This document shows positions 37,166 to 45,863 of a DNA stretch of 64,000 bases, in pieces. Position numbers and translations under genes: made by a program. The notes below the pieces were generated by a model. That model was not told the origin of the DNA and did no database searches. It saw only the letters and a list, made by a program, of their open reading frames with translations. Every line of letters starts with the position of its first letter. Position 1 is the first letter of the stretch. The DNA comes from Alphaproteobacteria bacterium. GTDB taxonomy: Bacteria > Pseudomonadota > Alphaproteobacteria > RF32 > CAG-239. The stretch lies in NCBI GenBank assembly GCA_017479985.1, contig JAFVBL010000030.1:2509-66508 (forward strand), in the 5' to 3' direction.

Positions 37166-37942
37166 ATGGTTTCGATACTTGGTACATTATTTAAATATAA
37201 AGAAAAAGAATCACCGGATTCTTTGGGATATTTTCCGGAACGTATACACGTTGAAGCTTTTCCGGAACGCCGATACTTATGGACATCACGATTTTTGGTT
37301 ATCGTGACCTGCCTGAGTATCTGCTTCAATATGATGCTTTCAAGTATTATTTATCTGATTTTACCGAGTTATCACGTTGAGCCGCAACTGTTTGTCATCA
37401 ATCACGAAACAAACCAGCTGGAACTGTTTGAAAAAGACGAAATCCGTTATTATGCCAGTGACTTGATTGCCGAACAATATATCCGTGATTATATTATGCT
37501 TCGCTACACCATTACGGAAGATTACGCCGAACTCAAAGAAAGATGGGGCAAAAACTCTATTCTTTATTGGTATTCGACCGAGCAAATATATCGCGAATTT
37601 CAAGACAAAGACGTTAAAACCGCCGATGAACAATTCAAACTTTTGGGGTTACAGCGATACGTTGAAATTATGTGGACAAAGCACGTCTCCGTTTCTATGT
37701 GGATGGTTGAATTTAAAACATACGATATAACCAGAGATAACCCTACACCGAAAGTGGATTTATGGCGCGCCACCGTACGTGTCGGATACGATAAAGATAT
37801 GCACTTCAAACGACCGGAAGATCGGATTTTAAATCCGTACGGATTTTTGGTATTCAGCTACACATTGTCTTATCTGGGTGATGTTCACGGCGGTGACAGT
37901 GAGGTTAAAAATACACTCAAATACAATATGATGATGTTTTAA
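37166..37942 (+). CDS. VirB8-family protein (orphan)
   Basis: N-terminal TM (FLVIVTCLSICFNMMLSSIIYLIL) and periplasmic part with VirB8-like blocks (VEPQLFVINHETNQL, AEQYIRDYIMLRYT, WRATVRVGYD, NPYGFLVFSYTLS). ATG at 37166; a TTG at 37148 is an alternative. Confidence 0.6.
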   Translation: MVSILGTLFKYKEKESPDSLGYFPERIHVEAFPERRYLWTSRFLVIVTCLSICFNMMLSSIIYLILPSYHVEPQLFVINHETNQLELFEKDEIRYYASDLIAEQYIRDYIMLRYTITEDYAELKERWGKNSILYWYSTEQIYREFQDKDVKTADEQFKLLGLQRYVEIMWTKHVSVSMWMVEFKTYDITRDNPTPKVDLWRATVRVGYDKDMHFKRPEDRILNPYGFLVFSYTLSYLGDVHGGDSEVKNTLKYNMMMF

Positions 37943-38066
37943 ACCTTTTACCGACGAATTTTACATAAAAATCCGTTAATAACTTGAAATTTTAGTTTTT
38001 TCTCTTGCAAAAAAGGTATAAACATACCTACATAACTATATCATAAATATAGCTGGGAGATAAAAT

Positions 38067-38408
38067 ATGTTTATAAACAATGCCTATGCGGCAACACAAG
38101 CAACTGCTGAAATGGGTCCGCTGAGCGGTACTCTTATTCAGTTGGCTCTGATTTTGCTTATTTTTTATTTTTTCCTGATTCGTCCGCAACAGAAAAAAAT
38201 AAAAGAACACACACTTATGGTCGATGCTTTGAAAACAGGTGACAATGTTTTGATGAGCAACGGCATTTACGGTAAAATAAAAAAAATCAAAGACGATAAA
38301 ATAACACTTGAAATTGCACCCGATGTTGATATAAGTGTCGATAAAATGACTGTCGGCGCTGTTGTCGATGAAGATGTTATAAAAAACAATAAAACACTCA
38401 AAAAATAA
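38067..38408 (+). CDS. yajC: Preprotein translocase subunit YajC
   Basis: LILLIFYFFLIRPQQKK...GDNVLMSNGIYGKI is a typical YajC, upstream of secDF. Confidence 0.9.
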   Translation: MFINNAYAATQATAEMGPLSGTLIQLALILLIFYFFLIRPQQKKIKEHTLMVDALKTGDNVLMSNGIYGKIKKIKDDKITLEIAPDVDISVDKMTVGAVVDEDVIKNNKTLKK

Positions 38409-38419
38409 AGGAAAATAAA

Positions 38420-39970
38420 ATGTATAAATTATCACTTAATCGAATTTTGATAATTATAGCTGTTTGTTTGGTCGGTATTTTTTTCGCCGTTCCTAATTTT
38501 GTATCAAAGGATACGAAATTGCCGAAATGGTGGCAGCCGGTCAATCTCGGTTTGGATTTGCAAGGCGGTTCAAGTTTGCTCTTACAAGTCAAAATGGACG
38601 ACGTTTTACGCGATAAGATGTCGACATTGGAAGATTCCGTACGTCAATCTTTGCGCGAACGCCATATGCGTTATCAAGACCTGAAATCTTCAAAAGACGG
38701 TGTAACCGTTAAAATTGCCGATTTTACCGCCCGCGACAAAGCAAAAAAGGCTTTTCGCAAACTTGACGAAGGTCTGATTGTAACCGAAGATGAAGAAGGT
38801 GAAGGTATTTTAACACTTAATTATAACGAACAGGCTATGGCTGTTTTGAAAAATCGCGTGATTGATCAATCAATCAGCATTGTTCGTCGCCGTATTGATG
38901 AACTCGGCACAAAAGAGCCTATTATTCAAGGTCAGGGTTCTGACAGAATCTTGGTGCAGTTACCGGGTGTTCAAAATCCGGAAAGCGTTAAAATTTTGCT
39001 TGGTAAAACCGCAAAAATGGATTTCCATTTGGTAGATGAAACAACCAATGTTATGCAGGCAAAACGCGGTAAAATAGCAAAAACATCACGTTTAATCAAC
39101 GGTTCCGAAGGCGAACAATATGTTATTATCCGCAAACCGGTTGTCGGCGGTGAAAACTTAACTGATGCACGCGTAACCTTTGACGGTGCAAATCCGGTTG
39201 TCAGCTTCCGTTTTAACACCATCGGCGGCCGTAAATTTGCCGAAGTGACAAGCAATCACGTCAATGAACGCTTGGCTATTGTTTTGGATAACGAAGTTAT
39301 TTCAGCTCCGAATATTAACTCTCCGATTACCGGTGGAAGCGGTATTATTACCGGCAATTTCACCACCAAGAGTGCCAATGATTTAGCCTTGCTTTTGCGC
39401 TCAGGCGCTTTACCGGCACCGCTGGAAGTATTGGAAGAAAGAACGGTCGGCGCCGGACTTGGCGCGGATTCGATTAAAGCCGGCGTAACCGCATCTATTG
39501 TCGGATTTGCCGCTGTTATAATCTTTATGATTTTAGCCTACAATCTGTTCGGTTTAATGGTTGACATTACACTGTTTATCAACGTGGCAATGATGCTCGG
39601 CATTATGAGTTTTATCGGCACAACTTTAACCCTTCCGGGTATTGCCGGTATTATTTTAACAATCGGTATGGCGGTTGATGCTAATATTTTAATTTTTGAA
39701 CGTATCCGCGAAGAAGTTAATCACGGGCGTTCGATTCGCGACGCAATAACCGTCGGTTTTACGGAAGCTTATCGCACTATTGTGGACTCTAACCTTACCA
39801 CACTGGCGGCTGCAGCCGTATTATTCTATTTCGGCAGCGGTCCGGTACGCGGTTTTGCCGTAACATTAACCATCGGTATTATTACTTCTATGTTTACTTC
39901 CGTTACGGTCAGCCGTTTAATGGTGGAAGCATGGCTTGCCAAATATAAACCGACAAAATTACCGTTATAA
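38420..39970 (+). CDS. secD: Protein translocase subunit SecD
   Basis: LGLDLQGG motif, large periplasmic domain, and a C-terminal 6-TM SecD/F domain. Confidence 0.95.
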   Translation: MYKLSLNRILIIIAVCLVGIFFAVPNFVSKDTKLPKWWQPVNLGLDLQGGSSLLLQVKMDDVLRDKMSTLEDSVRQSLRERHMRYQDLKSSKDGVTVKIADFTARDKAKKAFRKLDEGLIVTEDEEGEGILTLNYNEQAMAVLKNRVIDQSISIVRRRIDELGTKEPIIQGQGSDRILVQLPGVQNPESVKILLGKTAKMDFHLVDETTNVMQAKRGKIAKTSRLINGSEGEQYVIIRKPVVGGENLTDARVTFDGANPVVSFRFNTIGGRKFAEVTSNHVNERLAIVLDNEVISAPNINSPITGGSGIITGNFTTKSANDLALLLRSGALPAPLEVLEERTVGAGLGADSIKAGVTASIVGFAAVIIFMILAYNLFGLMVDITLFINVAMMLGIMSFIGTTLTLPGIAGIILTIGMAVDANILIFERIREEVNHGRSIRDAITVGFTEAYRTIVDSNLTTLAAAAVLFYFGSGPVRGFAVTLTIGIITSMFTSVTVSRLMVEAWLAKYKPTKLPL

Positions 39971-39987
39971 TATAAGGAATAAAGAAA

Positions 39988-40926
39988 ATGAAAATATTCA
40001 GTTGGATTATTAAAGACACAACCATTGATTTTTTGAAATGGCGTAAAATCGGCTATGCTGTTTCACTGTTGCTGATTATTGCATCAATTGCCAGTATTAC
40101 GCTGAAAGGTTTTAACTACGGTATTGACTTTTCCGGCGGTGTGGCAATGGATGTCAGAATAAAAGAAGGTACGGTTGATGTTGAAAAAGTGCGTTCTCAG
40201 CTTTCTGAACTAAAACTTGATGAATTAAATATTCAATCCGTCGGGCAAAACAATGACCAATTATTGATTCGCGCACAGGCAAACAATGCCGATGAAGAAA
40301 GTCAGCGTATTGCCGTTCGCCAAATTCAAGAAATTTTAGGCAACGAATACACTTTTGAGCGGATTGAATCGGTCGGGCCGCAAGTCGGTGATGAATTAAA
40401 ACTCTCCGGTGTTTTGGCGTCTGTTTTTGCGTGTATCGCCATCAGTATGTACGTTTGGTTCCGTTTTGAATGGCGTTTTGCCATCGGCGCATTGGTCGGA
40501 TTGTTCCACGATATATTTATAACGGTCGGTTTATTGTCAATCTTCCATTTGGATTTCAGTCTGACAACAATCGCCGCCATTTTAACGCTTGCCGGTTATT
40601 CGGTAAATGATACCGTGGTGACATACGACCGTATACGCGAAAACCTGCAGAAATTCAAAAAAATGCCGCAATACGACTTGCTTAATAAGAGTATTAACGA
40701 CATTTTCTCACGCACGATTTTAACGAGTTTAACCACATTATTGGCATCAATAGCTTTGCTCGTATTCGGTGGTGCGGCACTATACAGTTTTGCGTTTGTA
40801 ATCACAGCCGGTGTTATTATCGGTACATATTCTTCAATTTTTGTATCCGTACCGATTTTGAACTGGTTTGATTTGCGTAAAGCTGCTCAGGAAGAAGAAA
40901 ACATAAATCCTTTCGGAAATGTTTAA
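39988..40926 (+). CDS. secF: Protein translocase subunit SecF
   Basis: GIDFSGG motif and C-terminal TM bundle, directly after secD. Confidence 0.95.
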   Translation: MKIFSWIIKDTTIDFLKWRKIGYAVSLLLIIASIASITLKGFNYGIDFSGGVAMDVRIKEGTVDVEKVRSQLSELKLDELNIQSVGQNNDQLLIRAQANNADEESQRIAVRQIQEILGNEYTFERIESVGPQVGDELKLSGVLASVFACIAISMYVWFRFEWRFAIGALVGLFHDIFITVGLLSIFHLDFSLTTIAAILTLAGYSVNDTVVTYDRIRENLQKFKKMPQYDLLNKSINDIFSRTILTSLTTLLASIALLVFGGAALYSFAFVITAGVIIGTYSSIFVSVPILNWFDLRKAAQEEENINPFGNV

Positions 40927-40951
40927 TAATCTTCTCCGACTTTTCTGACAG

Positions 40952-40983
40952 AAATCCCGCAGGTTTGTTAACCTACGGGATTT
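40952..40983. terminator. Bidirectional hairpin terminator after secF
   Basis: AAATCCCGCAGGTT / AACCTACGGGATTT (one mismatch) with a short loop, between convergent genes. Confidence 0.55.
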
Positions 40984-40989
40984 CAATTC

Positions 40990-41511
40990 TTAATACAGTG
41001 TTTTTGTTTTGGAATAATGTTTCATCCTTATACGCGCAATTACATAAAAAATAGGATATCCCCAAATAAAACACAGCGAACACAGCATTGTGGTTTGAAA
41101 AACCATCGCCATCAACGGAAACCAAATATTACTGCTCCATCTATTTACCCTGAAATACAGCTTATTCCACGGGTCGCCGCAAATCCGATAACGATACATA
41201 ATCACTGCATTCCAAAAGGTGTGATAGCTTAAATTAGCGTAATTTACCGACTTTTTGATATTTTCTGCCGGCAATTCATAAGTTCCGTCGTACCAACTGT
41301 GCGGATTTTGCAATTTATCTTGCAAAATGTCTTCACGGCCGGCAATATCAAATACCATAGAGCGAGTGAAAATACGAATAACCGAAAAACACATACTTAT
41401 AACAAACAGATAGGTGGCTACCGTCAGCACCGAATACACCAACGCATCAGGTAAATTCTGCCATACAATCTGCAAGTCTTCCAACCATTTAGAAAAACCA
41501 TAATTATACAT
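40990..41511 (-). CDS. Hypothetical integral membrane protein
   Basis: 173 aa, Trp/Tyr-rich with 3-4 hydrophobic segments; no motif recognised. Confidence 0.45.
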   Translation of the reverse strand: MYNYGFSKWLEDLQIVWQNLPDALVYSVLTVATYLFVISMCFSVIRIFTRSMVFDIAGREDILQDKLQNPHSWYDGTYELPAENIKKSVNYANLSYHTFWNAVIMYRYRICGDPWNKLYFRVNRWSSNIWFPLMAMVFQTTMLCSLCFIWGYPIFYVIARIRMKHYSKTKTLY

Positions 41512-41682
41512 AACGTTTATTTTTTAAGGGTTTATAATATTTTAATCGTTAAACATTAAAGAATATTGCTGCTGATATTACAAACGCAAAAAAATCGTTA
41601 TAAAAAGCAACAATAATAGTGTAAATTATTCAAAATATGTTTTTTTTATATTGTTATTTTTATAAAAAGTCAAACATATAAT

Positions 41683-41708
41683 AAAAAATCCGCCGGTTAA
41701 GGCGGATT
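41683..41708 (-). terminator. Intrinsic terminator of greA
   Basis: On the minus strand: AATCCGCC TTAACC GGCGGATT followed by TTTTTATT, about 25 nt after the greA stop. Confidence 0.75.
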
Positions 41709-41730
41709 GATGTAAGATATTTTCTATATT

Positions 41731-42204
41731 TTAAAGCCATTTAACTTCCAAAATTTCATACGATTTTTTACCATTCGGCGCCAGATATTCGGCAATATCA
41801 CCGATTTCTTTACCTATCAGAGCACGGGCAAGCGGTGAAGAAAGTGAAATTTTGTGTTTTTCAATATCTGCTTCATAATCACCGACGATTTGATATTCGC
41901 TTTCTTCATCGGTATCCGTATTTGCCACCAAAACCGTTGCACCGAAACGCACAATATCACCGCTCATCGTGGTCGGATCAATCACTTGTGCACGGCTTAT
42001 AACAGCCTCCAGTTCCTGAATACGTCCTTCATTAAAACTTTGTTTTTCTTTTGCAGCGGAATATTCGGCATTTTCCGATAAATCACCTTTGGCACGTGCT
42101 TCGGCAATTTCGGCAATAATATTTGGACGTTCAACACCTTTACGTGTTTTCAATTCTTGTTCCAAAATAGCATACCCCACTTTCGTCAGCGGAAACTTTT
42201 CCAT
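41731..42204 (-). CDS. greA: Transcription elongation factor GreA
   Basis: PLTKVGYAILEQEL..., DLSENAEYSAAKE, and a C-terminal FKBP-like domain. Start at the second Met, which has GGAGGA 6 nt upstream. Confidence 0.93.
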   Translation of the reverse strand: MEKFPLTKVGYAILEQELKTRKGVERPNIIAEIAEARAKGDLSENAEYSAAKEKQSFNEGRIQELEAVISRAQVIDPTTMSGDIVRFGATVLVANTDTDEESEYQIVGDYEADIEKHKISLSSPLARALIGKEIGDIAEYLAPNGKKSYEILEVKWL

Positions 42205-42420
42205 ATTTTCCTCCATTTTTTATTAAATAAAAAGCACCTATACATTCATATAGGTTACATTAAAGATTAAAAAAGCCGACTGCCGAATTTATACCCGCAG
42301 CCGTTATTTATGCTATTATATTATTCCAAATAAAAATAAAATCAAGTATTTTTTATTTATATCTTTACTTTCAGTGTATTTTTTATTATACTCACAGTAA
42401 TAAAATAAGGAGTTATAAAA

Positions 42421-42576
42421 ATGGATACACAATTGATTGCGCTCGGTATAGGTGGATTTTTTGTTGCATTGATTTTATTTAAATTCATTATAAAAATACC
42501 TTTTTTACTCATAAAATACGGTATTTTGGCTCTTATAATCTATGTAATATATATGGTAATCAGCGGACAAATATAA
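42421..42576 (+). CDS. Small hydrophobic protein (51 aa), below the ORF-track length cut-off
   Basis: AAGGAG lies 8 nt upstream of the ATG. The product MDTQLIALGIGGFFVALILFKFIIKIPFLLIKYGILALIIYVIYMVISGQI has two predicted TM helices. A terminator follows immediately. Confidence 0.4.
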   Translation: MDTQLIALGIGGFFVALILFKFIIKIPFLLIKYGILALIIYVIYMVISGQI

Positions 42577-42578
42577 AA

Positions 42579-42600
42579 AAACCGGATTTTTTTCCGGTTT
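42579..42600. terminator. Bidirectional intrinsic terminator
   Basis: AAACCGGA TTTTTT TCCGGTTT flanked by A-run and T-run, between convergent genes. Confidence 0.7.
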
Positions 42601-42606
42601 TTTATA

Positions 42607-43020
42607 TTAAGATTCTTTTTTCGGCTTCATACGCTTACTGTGCGGCTTTTCCGGACGTTTTTGTAACATTGACTCATATTTTTTAATCTGTTCGGCAGTC
42701 AATATCTTTTTTATTTCAGCTTCATATTTTTCATTTACTTCACGCTCTTGTTCGTGCAATTTATTTATTTTTTCACGTAAATTTGCCGTTTCGGCTCTTT
42801 TTTTCTCATTCAATTTTTTCCATTGAGTTTTCTGTTCATCATTAAGATTTAAATCTTTCATCATAGCCATACTCATACCCCTGTGATGGCGCGGTGCTTT
42901 ATGTATATGTTTTTGCTGTTCCTGTTGCTCGACGGAAACTTCTGCCGATGCACTCACAGCCGGCAATATATAACCGAAAGATAAACTGAAAACAATCAAA
43001 AAAAACTTCAAACTTTTCAT
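42607..43020 (-). CDS. Periplasmic Spy/CpxP-family chaperone-like protein
   Basis: Signal peptide and two LTxxQ-type motifs (LNDEQKTQW, LTAEQIKKY) in a helical Lys/Glu-rich protein. Confidence 0.65.
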   Translation of the reverse strand: MKSLKFFLIVFSLSFGYILPAVSASAEVSVEQQEQQKHIHKAPRHHRGMSMAMMKDLNLNDEQKTQWKKLNEKKRAETANLREKINKLHEQEREVNEKYEAEIKKILTAEQIKKYESMLQKRPEKPHSKRMKPKKES

Positions 43021-43035
43021 ATTTTATTTCCTTTC

Positions 43036-43356
43036 TTATATTCTGGTTGTAAAATAATATTCCACACTTTTATCCAAAAATTCAATCATTTTATTATAAT
43101 TTTCCGGTAAATTTGTGATTTTATACTTATCATTTTTATCAAAGTGATAAAGAAAGCATTTTAATATCTGACCGTATATAAATGCAATTTTTTGCGCATT
43201 ACGACTTATATTAACATCTTTGTCGGCAACAGCACGAACAGCATCATAAAACTGATGAAAAGCATCTTTGTTAAATAAAGATTTTTCGTGCAATAAATAC
43301 AAAAAACTATTGTTTTTTTCTTCAAAATTATCCTGTAAAATTTGCTCTGCGTCCAT
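43036..43356 (-). CDS. Hypothetical cytoplasmic protein (106 aa)
   Basis: Clean ORF with no recognisable motif. Its helical, immunity-protein-like look is only an impression. Confidence 0.4.
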   Translation of the reverse strand: MDAEQILQDNFEEKNNSFLYLLHEKSLFNKDAFHQFYDAVRAVADKDVNISRNAQKIAFIYGQILKCFLYHFDKNDKYKITNLPENYNKMIEFLDKSVEYYFTTRI

Positions 43357-43457
43357 TTTTTTACCTTTTTATGTATCATTTTATAATTTAATTCCTTACG
43401 CTTAAATAAATAGTTAATTTTTATATTATATGATAAATTTATAAAAAGAGAGGAAAT

Positions 43458-43841
43458 ATGATTGCACGTATCGTTATAGGTGTTTTATTGGCTTATTTGT
43501 TGATTGCTTATTATCCTTTGGTTTTACGGGGACTGCCTTATTTTGTTATGCTGGCACTCGGTATAGCGGCTTTTTGGTGTCTTCGCGCCGCACCGGAACT
43601 TGCCGAACCGCTCGGTTACGGTATATTGATTGTACTTTTATGCTATATTGTTTTTTTGTTTTTACGCCAAAGAAATAAACTTAAAGAAATTATAAATAAT
43701 ACCAAACAGAAAAAAATAACATTACCTGTCGCAAATATAAAAAACCATCCGCAAATAAGCCTTTTGTTGACACTTATTCTTTATACACTTGGTTTAACAT
43801 TTGTTTTTTATTTAATTATTCTGCTTATTTATGTAAAATAA
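43458..43841 (+). CDS. Hypothetical membrane protein
   Basis: 127 aa, 3-4 TM segments, RBS GAGAGGA upstream. Confidence 0.45.
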   Translation: MIARIVIGVLLAYLLIAYYPLVLRGLPYFVMLALGIAAFWCLRAAPELAEPLGYGILIVLLCYIVFLFLRQRNKLKEIINNTKQKKITLPVANIKNHPQISLLLTLILYTLGLTFVFYLIILLIYVK

Positions 43842-43869
43842 ATTAGGAAAACTAAGATTAAAAACATAC

Positions 43870-44176
43870 AAAAATCAGGATAATGTGCGTAAATACAAAG
43901 AAGGATTTTTTCACAGTGTACAACAAAAGGTACATAAGAAAAAATCACTCTCTCCGGCACAGCCTTAATAAAAACTCGTAGAATTAGGTTAATACAAAGA
44001 AGGATTTTTTCACAGTGTACAATAAAAGGTACATAAGAAAAAATCACCCTCTCCGGCACAGCCTTAATAAAAACTCGTAGAATTAGGTTAATACGAAGAA
44101 GGATTTTTTCACAGTGTACAACAAAAGGTACATAAGAAAAAATCCTTCAAGTAGTAACCAATTATACGAGTTTTTA
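43870..44176 (-). repeat. Three tandem 99-bp units; the rho-proximal unit (44068-44176) is a complete extended hairpin element (copy B)
   Basis: Period is 99 bp (TAC at 43894, 43993, 44092). Copy B has outer arms TAAAAACTCGTA (44068-44079) / TACGAGTTTTTA (44165-44176). Its inner 12-bp stem is GAAGGATTTTTT (44098-44109) / AAAAAATCCTTC (44137-44148). The 27-nt loop is CACAGTGTACAACAAAAGGTACATAAG. The right arm overlaps the rho stop codon. Confidence 0.8.
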
Positions 44177-45427
44177 AGAGTTCATATTTTGGAAAAAGTC
44201 ATTATTATCTTTTGAATTTCTGAGTTTATCAAGCAAGAACTCCATACCATCGGTCATACCCATTTGCATTAACACACGACGAAGTACCCACATTTTGGTA
44301 AGTGTTGCTTTATCTACCAAAAGTTCTTCTTTACGCGTACCGGAACGGGTAATATCTATTGTAGGGAATAAACGTTTATCTGTTAATTTACGGTCGAGAA
44401 TAATTTCTGAATTACCAGTACCTTTAAATTCTTCAAAAATAACTTCATCCATACGAGAACCTGTATCAATCAAAGCTGTGGCAATAATAGTCAAAGAACC
44501 ACCTTCTTCAACGTTACGCGCCGCACCTAAAAGACGTTTCGGACGCTGCAAAGCATTTGCATCAACACCACCCGTCAATACCTTACCGGAAGACGGTACA
44601 ACAGCATTATAAGCACGACCCAAACGCGTAATTGAATCTAATAAAATAACCACATCCTTTTTAGTTTCAACCAAACGTTTGGCTTTTTCAATACATATTT
44701 CAGCAACCTGAACATGACGTGTTGCCGGTTCGTCAAAAGTAGATGAAATAACTTCACCTTTAACAGAACGTGTCATATCCGTAACCTCTTCCGGCCGCTC
44801 ATCAATTAAAAGTACCATTAAATATACTTCAGGGTGATTGGTTGCTATTGCGTGAGCTATATTCTGAAGCATAACGGTTTTACCCGTACGCGGCGGTGCC
44901 ACAATAAGACCACGCTGACCTTTACCTTGCGGAGATATTAAATCAATAACGCGTGTTGTATAATCTTTGTCACCGCAAATAATATCAAAATTTAATTTTT
45001 CAGTCGGATAAAGCGGTGTTAAATTATCAAAATTAACACGCATTTTTGATTTTTCCGGATCATCAAAATTTATTGTATTTATTTTTGTTAAAGCAAAATA
45101 ACGTTCATTTTCCTTCGGTGCTCTTATTTCACCTTCAACAGAATCACCTGTACGTAAAGCAAATTTTTTAACTTGTTGCGGTGAAACATAAATATCGTCG
45201 GCACTCGCTAAATAATTGGATTTTGATGAGCGTAAAAATCCGAAACCGTCCTGCATTACTTCTATTACACCGCCACCGCAGATAACCGTATCATCTTCGG
45301 CAAGTTTTTTCATAATAGCAAAAACCAAATCCTGAACACGCATAGAAGATGCATCTTCAATTCCCATATCTTCAGCCTGAGTCAATAACTCAGTCGGAGA
45401 CTTATCTTTTAATTCTCTTAAATGCAT
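44174..45427 (-). CDS. rho: Transcription termination factor Rho
   Basis: 417 aa with an N-terminal RNA-binding domain, Walker A PPRTGKT, and full-length similarity to Rho. Confidence 0.97.
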   Translation of the reverse strand: MHLRELKDKSPTELLTQAEDMGIEDASSMRVQDLVFAIMKKLAEDDTVICGGGVIEVMQDGFGFLRSSKSNYLASADDIYVSPQQVKKFALRTGDSVEGEIRAPKENERYFALTKINTINFDDPEKSKMRVNFDNLTPLYPTEKLNFDIICGDKDYTTRVIDLISPQGKGQRGLIVAPPRTGKTVMLQNIAHAIATNHPEVYLMVLLIDERPEEVTDMTRSVKGEVISSTFDEPATRHVQVAEICIEKAKRLVETKKDVVILLDSITRLGRAYNAVVPSSGKVLTGGVDANALQRPKRLLGAARNVEEGGSLTIIATALIDTGSRMDEVIFEEFKGTGNSEIILDRKLTDKRLFPTIDITRSGTRKEELLVDKATLTKMWVLRRVLMQMGMTDGMEFLLDKLRNSKDNNDFFQNMNS

Positions 45428-45863
45428 AAAAAACCTTTATTGATTGTTAAAAAAGAAAACGAACCATTGAAATATTCGCTAAACCTTATATATTTAATTT
45501 ATAAATAAATGTCAATCTTTTTTACACAGAAAAAAAAACATATAATATATTTAAAAAAAAGATTATTGTTATTTGTATATCCTTGTGCTTTATGTGTATA
45601 AAAATATATTATTTAATTTATAAACCGTTTTTATTTTTTGTATTTTAATAAATTTTTAACAATTCAATATGTTAATAAAAAGTTAATTTTTTTATCAACA
45701 TAATTCACAGTATGTGTAAAATTTTATCAAGATGTTAATAACTGATTTGAATGTTTTTACAATATGTATATATTTTGATAAAACTTTCATAAAAACGGAA
45801 TTTATACACAATTCAAGGTGTATTTGTGTATAAATTATATAACCTTTTGTTTTAGGATATAAA
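45428..45863. other. Candidate chromosomal replication origin (oriC); also holds the rho leader and coaE promoter
   Basis: 436-bp AT-rich gap between divergent rho and coaE-dnaQ. It has 3 perfect TTATNCACA DnaA boxes, 2 TTTTACACA variants, 2 8/9 matches, and two TTAA-N7-TTAA motifs. Confidence 0.45.

Noticed and set aside
37166-37942. Calling a type IV secretion system on the basis of the VirB8-like gene.
   Set aside because: No VirB4, VirB9, VirB10, VirB11, VirD4, relaxase or pilin genes are in the window, and the neighbours are housekeeping (yajC-secDF). It is reported only as an orphan VirB8-family gene.
43829-44059. A 76-aa minus-strand ORF with an internally repeated 33-aa unit (VPERVIFSYVPF.VHCEKILLCI).
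   Set aside because: It exists only because the 99-bp tandem repeat period is a multiple of three. It starts at a GTG with no properly spaced RBS and runs through hairpin arms. I treat it as a by-product of the repeat array, not a gene.
43870-44176. Possible CRISPR array, because of regularly spaced repeats.
   Set aside because: The whole 99-bp unit is repeated, so there are no unique spacers between short repeats. There are only three units, no cas genes are in the window, and the units are long hairpin elements.
45645-45686. Two TTAA-N7-TTAA motifs read as CtrA binding sites.
   Set aside because: I did not call them features. In DNA this AT-rich the pattern can arise by chance, and I cannot see whether the genome encodes CtrA. 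They are mentioned only as supporting detail for the origin hypothesis.
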